From Amoeboradix gromovi X-113 (taxonomy: Eukaryota; Fungi; Sanchytriomycota): a DNA stretch of 32,000 nt. The DNA lies in NCBI GenBank assembly GCA_018985225.1, contig JADGIF010000020.1, forward strand, positions 6,512 through 38,511, given 5' to 3'. Positions 19,401 to 28,120 of this stretch are shown here, in pieces (positions within the stretch are counted from its first letter, which is position 1; the number at the start of each line of letters is the position of its first letter). The position numbers and the translations under genes are program-made. A model generated the notes under the pieces. The model saw only the letters and a program-made list of their open reading frames with translations, was not told the origin of the DNA and did no database searches.

Positions 19401-22400
19401 GTAGAGGGTATTCATTTTTAACCCATTTAAACAATCCATCAAGAGATTGCTAGTATTTAAATGAATCACATGATCCTGGTAACTCGCAAATGTAGGAGCA
19501 TCCACTAACTGCCACAAATCAACATTGAATATTAGTTTATTTAGTCCGTTTATGCTAAATTGGAATAAAACGTCAACAGTACTAGGGGCCATTGTCTTGT
19601 AGTTCAACATTAACAGATTATTGAGCATACTAATTGCTGATGACAATAAGCCATTAGAGAGAGATACTGATGACCCGCTATTTGTTGCAGTATTTGCTAT
19701 TGCATTGTTTTCGTTCAGTATACTCAACACATATGTAACATACTGATTGAGCACTCCTAAATCCATTATATTCAATGCTAATGGCTGCGCTATCAGATCA
19801 AATGTCAAGTTACTACTATAGCTGCTACTGTGAACAATGGCGTTGTTAGGTACCCTTATAACATTCACGTTGCTAGAATAATAAGAATTAAAGTCAATTA
19901 ATAGCGGATCGGTGTTAATTATGGGGTTGAATATGAATCCGATTGATATTAAGCTGTTGGTATTATATTCTTTTAATACCAAAGGCATGTTAAATTGGTT
20001 AATTAGTGATATGGGTAGATTGTAAAATGTACTTAATTCAAATAAATGCAGTTTGTTCACAGATATAACTATGAATGGTATGACGATAACACCTAGTCCT
20101 ATTTCCTCGTCATGGGGTATACCATTTATAATAAAGTAGATTCTCAATGAATTCTTGTGTCTAGTTAGGGTTATAAGTATCTTGTTGTTGGTTAATGGTT
20201 GTGCATCGGTGTGAATACATTTATTAAATATCTTGTTATTTTTGAAACTAATAATCATATTTACTTTACCACCAACCGAATGAATCATAGAAATATTAAA
20301 GTCCAAATGAGTGATATTTAATGTAGCATCATTCTTTACTATTTTGTAATTCATGTAAATCGTCAATCCAACTGCATCCATGAATGGTACACTAGGGAAT
20401 TTAATTGGTTCAAAACAAATCAGTTCAGTTTTGTTGTGAATAGATACCAAGTTAGTATGGAACAAGAGCCAGGTACTTAGCTTATCCGATGTGTTACAAT
20501 TTTTGAGTAGCAAATGTGATTTGTTGAATAGTAATGAATTAAAAGTGTGCGATGCCAATGATTCATGTAGCAATCTCCAAATGGTCAGCTCTGATTTAGA
20601 ATGAATATGTTCAAATAAATCATAAAAGTTAACATGGTTAATAGCCAGTAATGGTAAATGCAAATTTACAAACTGGTTTAGCTTGCCCAACAATGTTTCA
20701 ATAACCTGATGAGATGTACATCTGCTGATTAGATCTGTCAGTAATGGGACAGAAACATAGGTAATAGCAGGCATAGTTAACTCACAAAGCAACAAATCAC
20801 ATATGTCATTCAAATCCTCAGGGCCCAGCTTTATCGATTTAAAATAATTAAATATATCATTGTAATTGATACTATCAGTTATGTATAGTGTAGATTTGTG
20901 GATTAGTTGCTTATAAAAAGTAAGAAATTTGATACCATGATGGCTATTTAAATTGGAGTAAAATATGTTCAGTAAGTTATAATGAATAATCATAGATTGG
21001 ATAGATTGCTTGTTGCTTAAATCATCACAAACACTGAGTATATCTGTAAATACGTCCATTAATAGTACAAGGGTATTTGAGTTGGTAGATTTGATCAGGA
21101 CAGAAATAAAATAATCCACATCAGAGATATTAAAGTATTGAAGTACCTTGGTTGAATCTTTGCTGTAAACAGTGGATTTTGTAACATTAGAGATGTACAA
21201 TGTAATTAAGGGCTGAAATTCCTTGTCTTTGATATTGTTAAATAATATATCAATCAACGAATGGTCCTTAAGTATTTCACTTATAATCATTACATTATCA
21301 ATGCAAAACCAATAAAGCGCATCAAAACAATCAGAATATAAATGGCAGTTTTTAAATATGAATTTGTCCCACTCTTGCGCAATCAAGCAGTCCTGGAACT
21401 GGTTCCTCAACTTTTCGTGATTTCGTAGTAATAGCGTAGAATAGTTAATAGACAACTGAGGATATTTGACAGAATAAGATCTCATGAACTTGGATATAAA
21501 TAGCAGATAAAACGCTCGAATGTCTTCACTCGAAGCGCTTGAAGGGGAATTACTTCCTTCAATAGACAAATCACCATCCAGTAATAGGTCAATACATTTA
21601 TCGCGAATGCTAACATCGGAACTAAGGTTAACAAGCATTAAATCAGCATTAGATTGAAGGAAACTAGTAGGCGGTAACGCCCTAAAAGTAGATAATTCAT
21701 GCATGCACATAAACGTGAATTTCATAGCATCACTAGAAGCATCGACGAATTGATCAACTAACTGAGTTATTACATTGTGGCAGTACTCTAGCTTGGATAT
21801 ACAATGGGATAAAATAGTGATAGACTTACTAGTCCATTCATTGAAGAAATAGATTCTAGGGTAGACTGCGCAGTTTTTGATTATAATAAAAGATTCCTGA
21901 TTAGAATTTAAAGATTTGGACACCAAATTAAAAAAATTTTTAAACATAGTTAAAGACTCATGTTTAGATATCAGATGGCGCAAAGACAGCAAAACCCAAC
22001 AATATAAAAATAAACATAACTCTTCTAAATCATACTTTGAGATTTCAAGCTGTTTAAAAGACAGCACATCTTCAGCACTAATATCAGAGCTAAAACTGAA
22101 AGATGCTATTATAGCTAACAGGGTGTACTTTTTAGGAAAATCAGAGCCTAAATGCTTCATAAGAAACGGAACAGAAATGTTGCTGGACTTTTTGACTGGA
22201 ACTATGATATTAGGAATGCAGCCCTGCTGGATAATCTTGGCAATAACCAAATTAGTATCAATTGAGAAATAGATAGCTTTTGTTAATGGTTCACTTAATC
22301 GTTCTTCTTTGCATAGCTTATCTAGTGTTACCTTGCCATATCTGGATAGTAATTCAAGATCCTTAACACCCTCCAGTAACTTGTCTGGAATATATTCATA

Positions 22401-22556
22401 TTTTAACTGCTTTAAAGACCTAACATGAATTCTTTGAAAATAATCACTTGCTTTCTTAAGGCTATCTTCGGTTTTAAGTTTTTCATACTCTTTCCACAGC
22501 CTGGTCATTTCTTCGTGATTATTCATGTCATTAAAAGATATTTTCTTGGAGAACAT
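16413..22556 (-). CDS. Large, divergent BEACH-family-like protein with C-terminal WD40 repeats (2047 aa)
   Basis: Long helical N-terminus; EGIQRKLVP motif; PH-like LVLFDGGTYMMIVFNN; short BEACH-like stubs; WD40 repeats (SEDDRWIVVGYKDG, GHVFCI, LCSCSKD). The ORF is certain; the family call is by motif order. Confidence 0.65.
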   Translation of the reverse strand: MFSKKISFNDMNNHEEMTRLWKEYEKLKTEDSLKKASDYFQRIHVRSLKQLKYEYIPDKLLEGVKDLELLSRYGKVTLDKLCKEERLSEPLTKAIYFSIDTNLVIAKIIQQGCIPNIIVPVKKSSNISVPFLMKHLGSDFPKKYTLLAIIASFSFSSDISAEDVLSFKQLEISKYDLEELCLFLYCWVLLSLRHLISKHESLTMFKNFFNLVSKSLNSNQESFIIIKNCAVYPRIYFFNEWTSKSITILSHCISKLEYCHNVITQLVDQFVDASSDAMKFTFMCMHELSTFRALPPTSFLQSNADLMLVNLSSDVSIRDKCIDLLLDGDLSIEGSNSPSSASSEDIRAFYLLFISKFMRSYSVKYPQLSINYSTLLLRNHEKLRNQFQDCLIAQEWDKFIFKNCHLYSDCFDALYWFCIDNVMIISEILKDHSLIDILFNNIKDKEFQPLITLYISNVTKSTVYSKDSTKVLQYFNISDVDYFISVLIKSTNSNTLVLLMDVFTDILSVCDDLSNKQSIQSMIIHYNLLNIFYSNLNSHHGIKFLTFYKQLIHKSTLYITDSINYNDIFNYFKSIKLGPEDLNDICDLLLCELTMPAITYVSVPLLTDLISRCTSHQVIETLLGKLNQFVNLHLPLLAINHVNFYDLFEHIHSKSELTIWRLLHESLASHTFNSLLFNKSHLLLKNCNTSDKLSTWLLFHTNLVSIHNKTELICFEPIKFPSVPFMDAVGLTIYMNYKIVKNDATLNITHLDFNISMIHSVGGKVNMIISFKNNKIFNKCIHTDAQPLTNNKILITLTRHKNSLRIYFIINGIPHDEEIGLGVIVIPFIVISVNKLHLFELSTFYNLPISLINQFNMPLVLKEYNTNSLISIGFIFNPIINTDPLLIDFNSYYSSNVNVIRVPNNAIVHSSSYSSNLTFDLIAQPLALNIMDLGVLNQYVTYVLSILNENNAIANTATNSGSSVSLSNGLLSSAISMLNNLLMLNYKTMAPSTVDVLFQFSINGLNKLIFNVDLWQLVDAPTFASYQDHVIHLNTSNLLMDCLNGLKMNTLYLTICISIIYTNINDLLPMACVYIKQLPSSIISKIIDALIPSNMLLDILNHGSIIILLKSLMSDYTVVQSICSFIVKYYKWSSPLLVFDAKTVAAVKNTICIKKPELILNISDLKEYYNVHDYYLLLHACMNSTMEIQNINTIISKMPTHYSFIVEYMGLESWGMPFVILHSKYKEIQELHVKWINHILNVGNMQMVYKYMSGFVYNGNNTLLYVNNAYIMNTVSEMYLNKEINVNQLHDHYKMIWGLWTLNYNSSNGITGNEARVVYNTRFGSTSSISLYTNNTDVITNPWKYNIDILEKVISKCHLVLDLQVNESIIFYYFNLIIMGIYMNNSSCRGSFMSLFNRIWSDKVLLNKVINKYYIGIVTEESLIVICIVLYPYYKYNEYTRSLGEIIKYVTRKYPNNPLFDVGDVELDVVASKLIETDEINEILKEMDEHDKYNRLQSVKGIQEYLQVGEKATEEDDATSYTSTNASVPVLAETTPAAVPPAPLSTPISSIISNINTFNSIMNMNTDKVQYTIDNHVNLEGIQRKLVPCTSKSSTNCVLNDLLKHNVYTEELNVLNEWSINQIDKVYSLQVLVNDVKCTMVLNQDMITTSSSSATAVYFVSEISNIFNNLVLFDGGTYMMIVFNNKDDKMIFNKHVIQYGIDVLDIELLTMKRDDYYSHITTEYKHGGITGTMYTNRLKFIHKKSEANSFTNDIYSSKMHRHWIEMEPKVDIAHLLEVTSCDIQHGKEWILNTNCGVYSVAQNKISKVNITGIVDMIVHSKRGYYYSINILGIMIYQQDGMLVSPIITEGYSNMHKGLHEPSVVCKSEDDRWIVVGYKDGQIIKHRINKLTGMIRSNSRIMGHVFCIDVMQTQSDNDILCSCSKDMVLIHGLNSGTLIKRLKISGTINSIIITPIKGDLILLNTTNKLKYIQHYDVNGELKSTSQTTVEKIKSGDMGHFLGLEEDSLIVFDVNNMQITRKIYVENLLDYSFINGEMMVITKDKLIKY

Positions 22557-22689
22557 AATTTGTATCAGATTTCCGCTTTATGTCCCACGAGCCCCAAAAC
22601 TAGGACCGACTTTCTGCTGGATAAGAATTTTATGGTGACTCAGCCAATTTCTTCTTCAATTATAAGCTTCTAATTTTGCTTGTCTTTTA

Positions 22690-23149
22690 ATCTTAAAAGC
22701 TAATGATACACATCAACAGAAACACTACAAAAAGAAACGGCTAATCAATTGTCCACTTAAACCGAGCGTTTTATTCGGGTTCCTTTGGGTGTGCTTGAAC
22801 ATTAAATTTTTCCTTCCGAATCAGTTAACAGATATGAGACTTTATTTGATATAAGTCTTTAAAAATGCATGATTAAACTTGTGATGAATTTTGTGACAAG
22901 TTTTGCGGTTGTTTATAATTTTCAATGTAATTCTCAAATGAAGTAAAAGTAAACTTATGAAATCCAATTACTAGCAGTCAACAATACTGTCGGATACTAA
23001 GATCTTTGTTACGGGTAGCTGATCAGACCGACGTGCTTGACAAGTGGCCAGAAAAAGCCTTAGGTCTGGTTTTTATTTCTTGTCTTTATGCTTTTCAAAT
23101 TTGCTAGAGTAGATCTAAATACAGTTCTACTCATATTTTCGTTTTATTG
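22690..23149 (+). pseudogene. Family-4 copy 2 (22939-23149) preceded by a heavily eroded Fanzor1-like coding relic
   Basis: Homology to 16212-16415 is direct. Upstream broken frames give KLMIHINR, VLFG..NIKF..P and IKLV/DEF/TS in Fanzor1 motif order, but frameshifts are needed. Confidence 0.5.
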
Positions 23150-23208
23150 CCACAGTCAGTGTTCATCAAATGATGTCCAGGATGCATGTAGCCCTCATTA
23201 CCAAATAT

Positions 23209-23617
23209 ATGGGACACCAAATATAAAAACTGGACTAACTTTCTGTAACAGCTTGGAACATTATTTCAAGTATTTATTAACCGATAGTGAGTTAAATTAA
23301 TCTGACTGGTCCAAGTAAATTATTTTAGTATAAAAGCTTTTAATCCATCATAATCTTAGAAACAATGACTAAGAAGAAGAAGAAAAAGAAACAGATAAAG
23401 AGTATCGTCTAAGATAATGCACCTTTTGCTTAGACACTCAAATACCTCGTATATTTGAAAGAGACAGCGGGTCATCTTGTTATATTTTAAAGAGGGAAAT
23501 GTCATTAATGAAAAAGAATTGGTTTCAAAGAAGGAATTTATTAATAATAGTATCTCCTCCTTATGGAGCACCTACTTTAAAGACGACTTGGTCTAGTTTT
23601 TATATTTGGTGCCCCAT
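23209..23617 (+). mobile_element. Family-2 TIR-bounded element with Fanzor1-like remnant (copy 2)
   Basis: TIRs atgggacaccaaatataaaaactggac / gtctagtttttatatttggtgccccat. Internal frame EYRLR*CTFCLDTQIPRIFERDSGSSCYILKR. Inverted homolog of 8695-9112. Confidence 0.88.
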
Positions 23618-23671
23618 TAGTCATTGTATATCCGATTTATTTTTCCTAAAATACCCCTTTGTTTAACTCTA

Positions 23672-24701
23672 ATGACTATATCTTCAGATCCATCGCCATT
23701 TTTATTCACCAAACTACCAGCTAAGAGATATAGTATTAAGACAACAATACAACATTGGCAACTCAGAGATTTGATAGCATGCCCAAACGATCCTCATGAA
23801 ATTTTTCATGTAAACCAAAACAATGTTAGTATATTTAACACCAAATCAAACACAGTTAATCCTATAATGAGAGAGTTAACTTTTTCACCAACCTCAATGT
23901 ATGTAGGACACGGGTATGTAGCAGCTGGAGGACAAAGAAGCCAGCTAATGGTAAGACAACTGAGTACTAATTGGTATGCTCATACAAGTGTGGGAGGATC
24001 TATAAATAATAGTATAGCCATAACATACCACCCAATACATGGCCATAGACTACTTATCTGTAACAACGATGAAAGTATAAAAGTTTATACATTACCTGGA
24101 TTGCAACGGGTATTGTCTATTCCTTTACCTACTGCTGTTAACTACGTTTCCGTAAGCCCGGATGGTACTATGATGATTGTTACCGGCGATGTGAATTCTG
24201 TCTTTCTGTTTCAAATTACAAATAGTGGAGAATATGTCCTTCAAAATACCCTGACTACGTCATCAGATGCCGGTTTCTCTGCTTCATGGAACCAATCATC
24301 GGAAAGATTTGCAGTAGCCAGCCAAGACGGTTGTGTAAGTGTATTTGACATCAAGAACATGAATGACAAAATAGCTAAACTGCAAACTCAGCAGTGGCCA
24401 AGAGCTAAAGGAGCAGCAAGAAATGTTAAATTCAGCCCTAGCGGATCTATAGACTTACTAATGTTTAGCGAGCATGTGAGTTATGTACATTTAGTAGATG
24501 CTCGTACATTTAATGATAGACAACTAATTAGAGTGGCACCTGATGATCACGATTTGCATATAAGTGGTATATCTTTCTCCTCAGATAGCAAAAGATGCTA
24601 CGTTGGTAATTATGGTTAACCTAGGTTTAGAAAATTCAATATTGGACTATAGCATAGATACCATAAGCAGGAGGAGTTTCCCGCAAGGATCAGTGAACTA
24701 A
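23672..24701 (+). CDS. DUF2415-type WD40 protein; exons 23672-24605 and 24625-24701 (336 aa)
   Basis: IQHWQLRDLI, VGGSINNSI, CNNDESIK, FAVASQDG, GAARNVKFS, DLLMFSEH. A 19-nt intron restores the tail VGLENSILDYSIDTISRRSFP. Confidence 0.88.
24606..24624 (+). other. 19-nt spliceosomal intron (gtaattatggttaacctag)
   Basis: GT-AG with TTAAC; removal restores the family-typical C-terminus. Confidence 0.87.
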
Positions 24702-24987
24702 AAGTGACTGTTAATAAATGTATGTAACTTAAGTTAACTCGATTTCGCGGTTGCTGTTAGAAAGCAGTACATGTGTAATAGACAACTCTATGTGCGCGGC
24801 GATAGAACTGGTATTAGATCCAGTGTTACTTTTTAAGCTGTAAAATGGCTCAGAGTCCTGCTGTATAAACAGCTTCAATTTGAAGTGTAGTTGATATTAT
24901 ATAAATTGCAGAAAAACAAATTTATTAGCCAATAGTAGTGCAGAGCATTATGTGCACGATTTACATTTTCATCAATAAACTTTAGGT

Positions 24988-26169
24988 TCATTGGTCATTC
25001 AGTGAATTGTATTTCCTCAATGGCTCTCTATCCACAACATGAACAAAGAAGTTCCCTGGTGCATCGCTCCAGCTAACATAATCATTAAAATATTCTTCTT
25101 CTTGGCAATGCAAAATACTCTCAATGTGATTGACATTCCTAGCAGTGATTCTAGCGTCCAATGGTGTAGTTTGTGCAAAACTCTTCATACTAATTATATA
25201 TGTACCATCTTGCAAATCCAAAAAGTGCTGCTGTAAAGATTGATTTGTTTGTGAATTGAAAACATAGTTGTTAACGAACACTACCGTGGCCATTTTCAAC
25301 AAGGTATGGACTTGTGGGTGGTTCATAATGTCACCCTTGTATAACCCAATATTGCCAACAGGTTGATTGTAGTAAAACATGCGAGTATTGAACTCTTTTC
25401 TTAACTGAAAAGATAGATCAGCAGTGTTTTGCATTACTTCAATTCCGTATGAATCACAGCGAACTAGCCCTGCCATCTGACAAACTACATTTCCAATGCC
25501 ACTACCCAGATCAACAAATACGCTGCGTTCATCCATTTTGCATATCTCAATGATACGTTCTACGAATCTCAAATTGATTTCACCATATACATTATCACTA
25601 AAAGCTTGATATTTGTTGAGTTCGTTCAACCTCGGTTCTATGATGCGATTATAAGATTGTTCATATATGTGCTCAATCATCTCCACATTGCTTTTTTCTA
25701 AATTGCTCTTCATTTCTAAATACTCAGCACCCTTGTTCATTCTGATAAACATATTGGGTATTTTATCCTGCAAATAACCGACTACGTAGTGAACCTCAGC
25801 AGCTGATTTTATCTTAACGTTAAACATTTGAATAGCATTAGCAAACATTTTGAAATCCTTTTTCTGTTTGGCTTTCTTTAGTTGCCGTTTAATTGGAAAT
25901 TCGTCAAAGAAAGCTTTTAATTTCATTTCTTCCGTCATGCAGACACAGTACTTCATGATGAAGTGCACTGTATCAATGACCTCGTCTACTGAATAATCAT
26001 CTAGTTGTAAAAATTCCATTCTATTTAACCGAGGGTAGTTCAATGCAATGACAGGCATGTTAAATTTGGAACTATGCTCAAAATAGCTCTTATTAGATGA
26101 ATAGTGAGTTACGTCATCCAAGTCAATGTCTTCATTATCAAAATAGAAAGAGAATGGGTCTTCCGACAT
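24988..26169 (-). CDS. DOT1: Histone H3K79 methyltransferase Dot1 (393 aa)
   Basis: YQAFSDNVYGEI, FVDLGSGIGNVV, GIEVM, FVNNYVF, VSWS motifs. Confidence 0.95.
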   Translation of the reverse strand: MSEDPFSFYFDNEDIDLDDVTHYSSNKSYFEHSSKFNMPVIALNYPRLNRMEFLQLDDYSVDEVIDTVHFIMKYCVCMTEEMKLKAFFDEFPIKRQLKKAKQKKDFKMFANAIQMFNVKIKSAAEVHYVVGYLQDKIPNMFIRMNKGAEYLEMKSNLEKSNVEMIEHIYEQSYNRIIEPRLNELNKYQAFSDNVYGEINLRFVERIIEICKMDERSVFVDLGSGIGNVVCQMAGLVRCDSYGIEVMQNTADLSFQLRKEFNTRMFYYNQPVGNIGLYKGDIMNHPQVHTLLKMATVVFVNNYVFNSQTNQSLQQHFLDLQDGTYIISMKSFAQTTPLDARITARNVNHIESILHCQEEEYFNDYVSWSDAPGNFFVHVVDREPLRKYNSLNDQ

Positions 26170-26336
26170 CCTGTTTTAAAAAAGTTAAGTTTTAAGCAAC
26201 AAAAGTGTGTAATGGAAAAGTTTATAATCTCAGAATCACAAAACGAGTAGCTGCTCATGTTGAATATATGTTGTGCCAATCAAGTAAAGAGTATACATAC
26301 TTGGCGTTGTATTAAACTTTAAAATGAACAAATTTA

Positions 26337-27581
26337 TTAAATCTCCTTTTGTATGGAAGATGTATAATTCACAACAACCTCTTTCAGTTCTCTTAAATGG
26401 TAATCCAATTCGGATTGCTCAGATTCTATTTTGCGTTCCAGCTGGGTTATCTCTAATCTTAACAAGTGACATTGTTCTTCCAACCTGGCAACTTCTTTAC
26501 TAGTTTCTGTCTCTCCATTCTGAATTACAGTCAGCTCTGTTTGCAAGTTATGCAGCTTCATATTTCCGATCCGTTGTTTATCTTTAATCTGATCGTTTAG
26601 CTTATTAGTTCGTTCTTGCATTGAATTGTACTGCCTTTGCATCTGCTGCAGTTTTATATCAATGTTTTTGTGTTCTAGTTGTTTATCATGAAGTAACTGG
26701 TTCGATTGGGCACGATTCAGTGATAAATTCTTATTTTCCGTAACTAATTGTTTGCATTCGTTTAGAATGCCATTAAGTTGATTAAAGTAATGATTTATAT
26801 CCTGTAAAACATTATATCTACCATGCAATTGTAAATACTGCTGATCTTGGTTCACTGATTTGGATTTCAATTCAGTAATTTGAGTTTTTAAATTCTCTAA
26901 ATTGTTCATAAAAACTTCCATATCCTCAATCCTTTTACTGTTTATAAGCTCTATGCTCTCATTCACAGTTAGAGTTTTAAAGTCAATTCCATTTATTTCA
27001 TCATTCAAAGCCGTCTTTTTTAATTTCAGCTGTTGCAAATGAGTTGTAAACTTAACTTGCTGCTTCTTGAAGTCTTTCAGCTTGTTTGTTAACTCCGTGT
27101 TTTCTTGTTCACACTTTGCTATTTCGACCATTTCCAATTCCTTAGACTTTTTGACTTTCGTCAATTCCTGTTCCAATTGAATCTTTTGGTCATTATAGAT
27201 CTCCTTATTATCAACTAGCATTTGAACATTCTGAACGGTTTCAGTAATTCCACTCTGCAAGTCCATTTTTAATTGCAAGAAATGTATAGATCCACACAAT
27301 ATTTTGCGGAATTTGGATGACTCCGGTTTAAGTAGGTCGTTGAATGAGTACTCGGGAACAAATAGCTTTATTATGCGCTGAGACTGCTTGAATATGGTTA
27401 TCATTTGCAATGTATCTTCCAATTGCTGAATTTGTTTCCCTGTAATTAAATACATAAGGGATTGGATAGTATTTTGAACAAGAAGAGTCTTCGGTTTGAT
27501 TATATCATCTTGCTGTAAATGTACATTGAAAGTGGCAAGAATAGATATCAAATCTGGCATTTTGAGCATTGGGTATGACAT
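26337..27581 (-). CDS. NUF2: Kinetochore protein Nuf2 (414 aa)
   Basis: N-terminal YPML...DIIKP...FNDLLKPESSKFRKILCGSIHF (Nuf2 CH-domain pattern) followed by a long coiled coil. Confidence 0.88.
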   Translation of the reverse strand: MSYPMLKMPDLISILATFNVHLQQDDIIKPKTLLVQNTIQSLMYLITGKQIQQLEDTLQMITIFKQSQRIIKLFVPEYSFNDLLKPESSKFRKILCGSIHFLQLKMDLQSGITETVQNVQMLVDNKEIYNDQKIQLEQELTKVKKSKELEMVEIAKCEQENTELTNKLKDFKKQQVKFTTHLQQLKLKKTALNDEINGIDFKTLTVNESIELINSKRIEDMEVFMNNLENLKTQITELKSKSVNQDQQYLQLHGRYNVLQDINHYFNQLNGILNECKQLVTENKNLSLNRAQSNQLLHDKQLEHKNIDIKLQQMQRQYNSMQERTNKLNDQIKDKQRIGNMKLHNLQTELTVIQNGETETSKEVARLEEQCHLLRLEITQLERKIESEQSELDYHLRELKEVVVNYTSSIQKEI

Positions 27582-27598
27582 GACTGTGTTTTACAATT

Positions 27599-27680
27599 TG
27601 GGACCCAAGTTTCAGCAAATATCTCCAGCTCTAAGTCGGAGCACATCCTGGAAAGATGTGTCAGTCCCACAATATGTGTA
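27599..27680 (-). repeat. Family-3 right-end repeat (copy 2), 17 nt upstream of the NUF2 ATG
   Basis: ggacccaagtttcagcaaatatctccagctctaagtcggagcacatcctggaaagatgtgtcagtcccacaatat aligns with 12566-12640. Confidence 0.78.
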
Positions 27681-28120
27681 TCATACAATGTCCTTATTAT
27701 AAGAAACGTCTCCATATCATATCATCTCAGCCATAGCAAATCAAACCTTTATAACATCACTGGGATATACAGAAGGTATACAACAATAAAAGAAATGCAA
27801 CACGCATACATGTGCAAACTGACATTTAGAAGAAAATAGGGACCATAATTTGAAACTAATTGCGGCCTTGTTCAATGCTGACTCAATATTCTAGCCATTC
27901 CAGTTTCTTGTGTAAGCAGTCCGGCCTTCTCCGTTAACCTAGGAATACTTTTGACGTTCTCGGTAACCAATACTTCTTGTGAGGAGAATAATAATTTGCG
28001 ATACTTTCGGTATAAGGAACATAATCTAGTTTACTTTTTGTAGCATAGCTCAATAAAATAATGGTTTCCGCCAGCTTCAAATTTCTTGGTTTAGATATTT
28101 TAATTTGAAAACTCCTTGTT

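Noticed and set aside
23356-23571. 71-aa minus ORF; also ORFs 7035-7232, 8310-8516, 12859-13050, 13732-13926, 23088-23300
   Set aside because: Incidental frames within or across element remnants, not host genes.
27960-28030. Frame ...IICDTFGIRNII* resembling RDxxGARNI
   Set aside because: No Zn-finger or scaffold homology nearby; too short to support.
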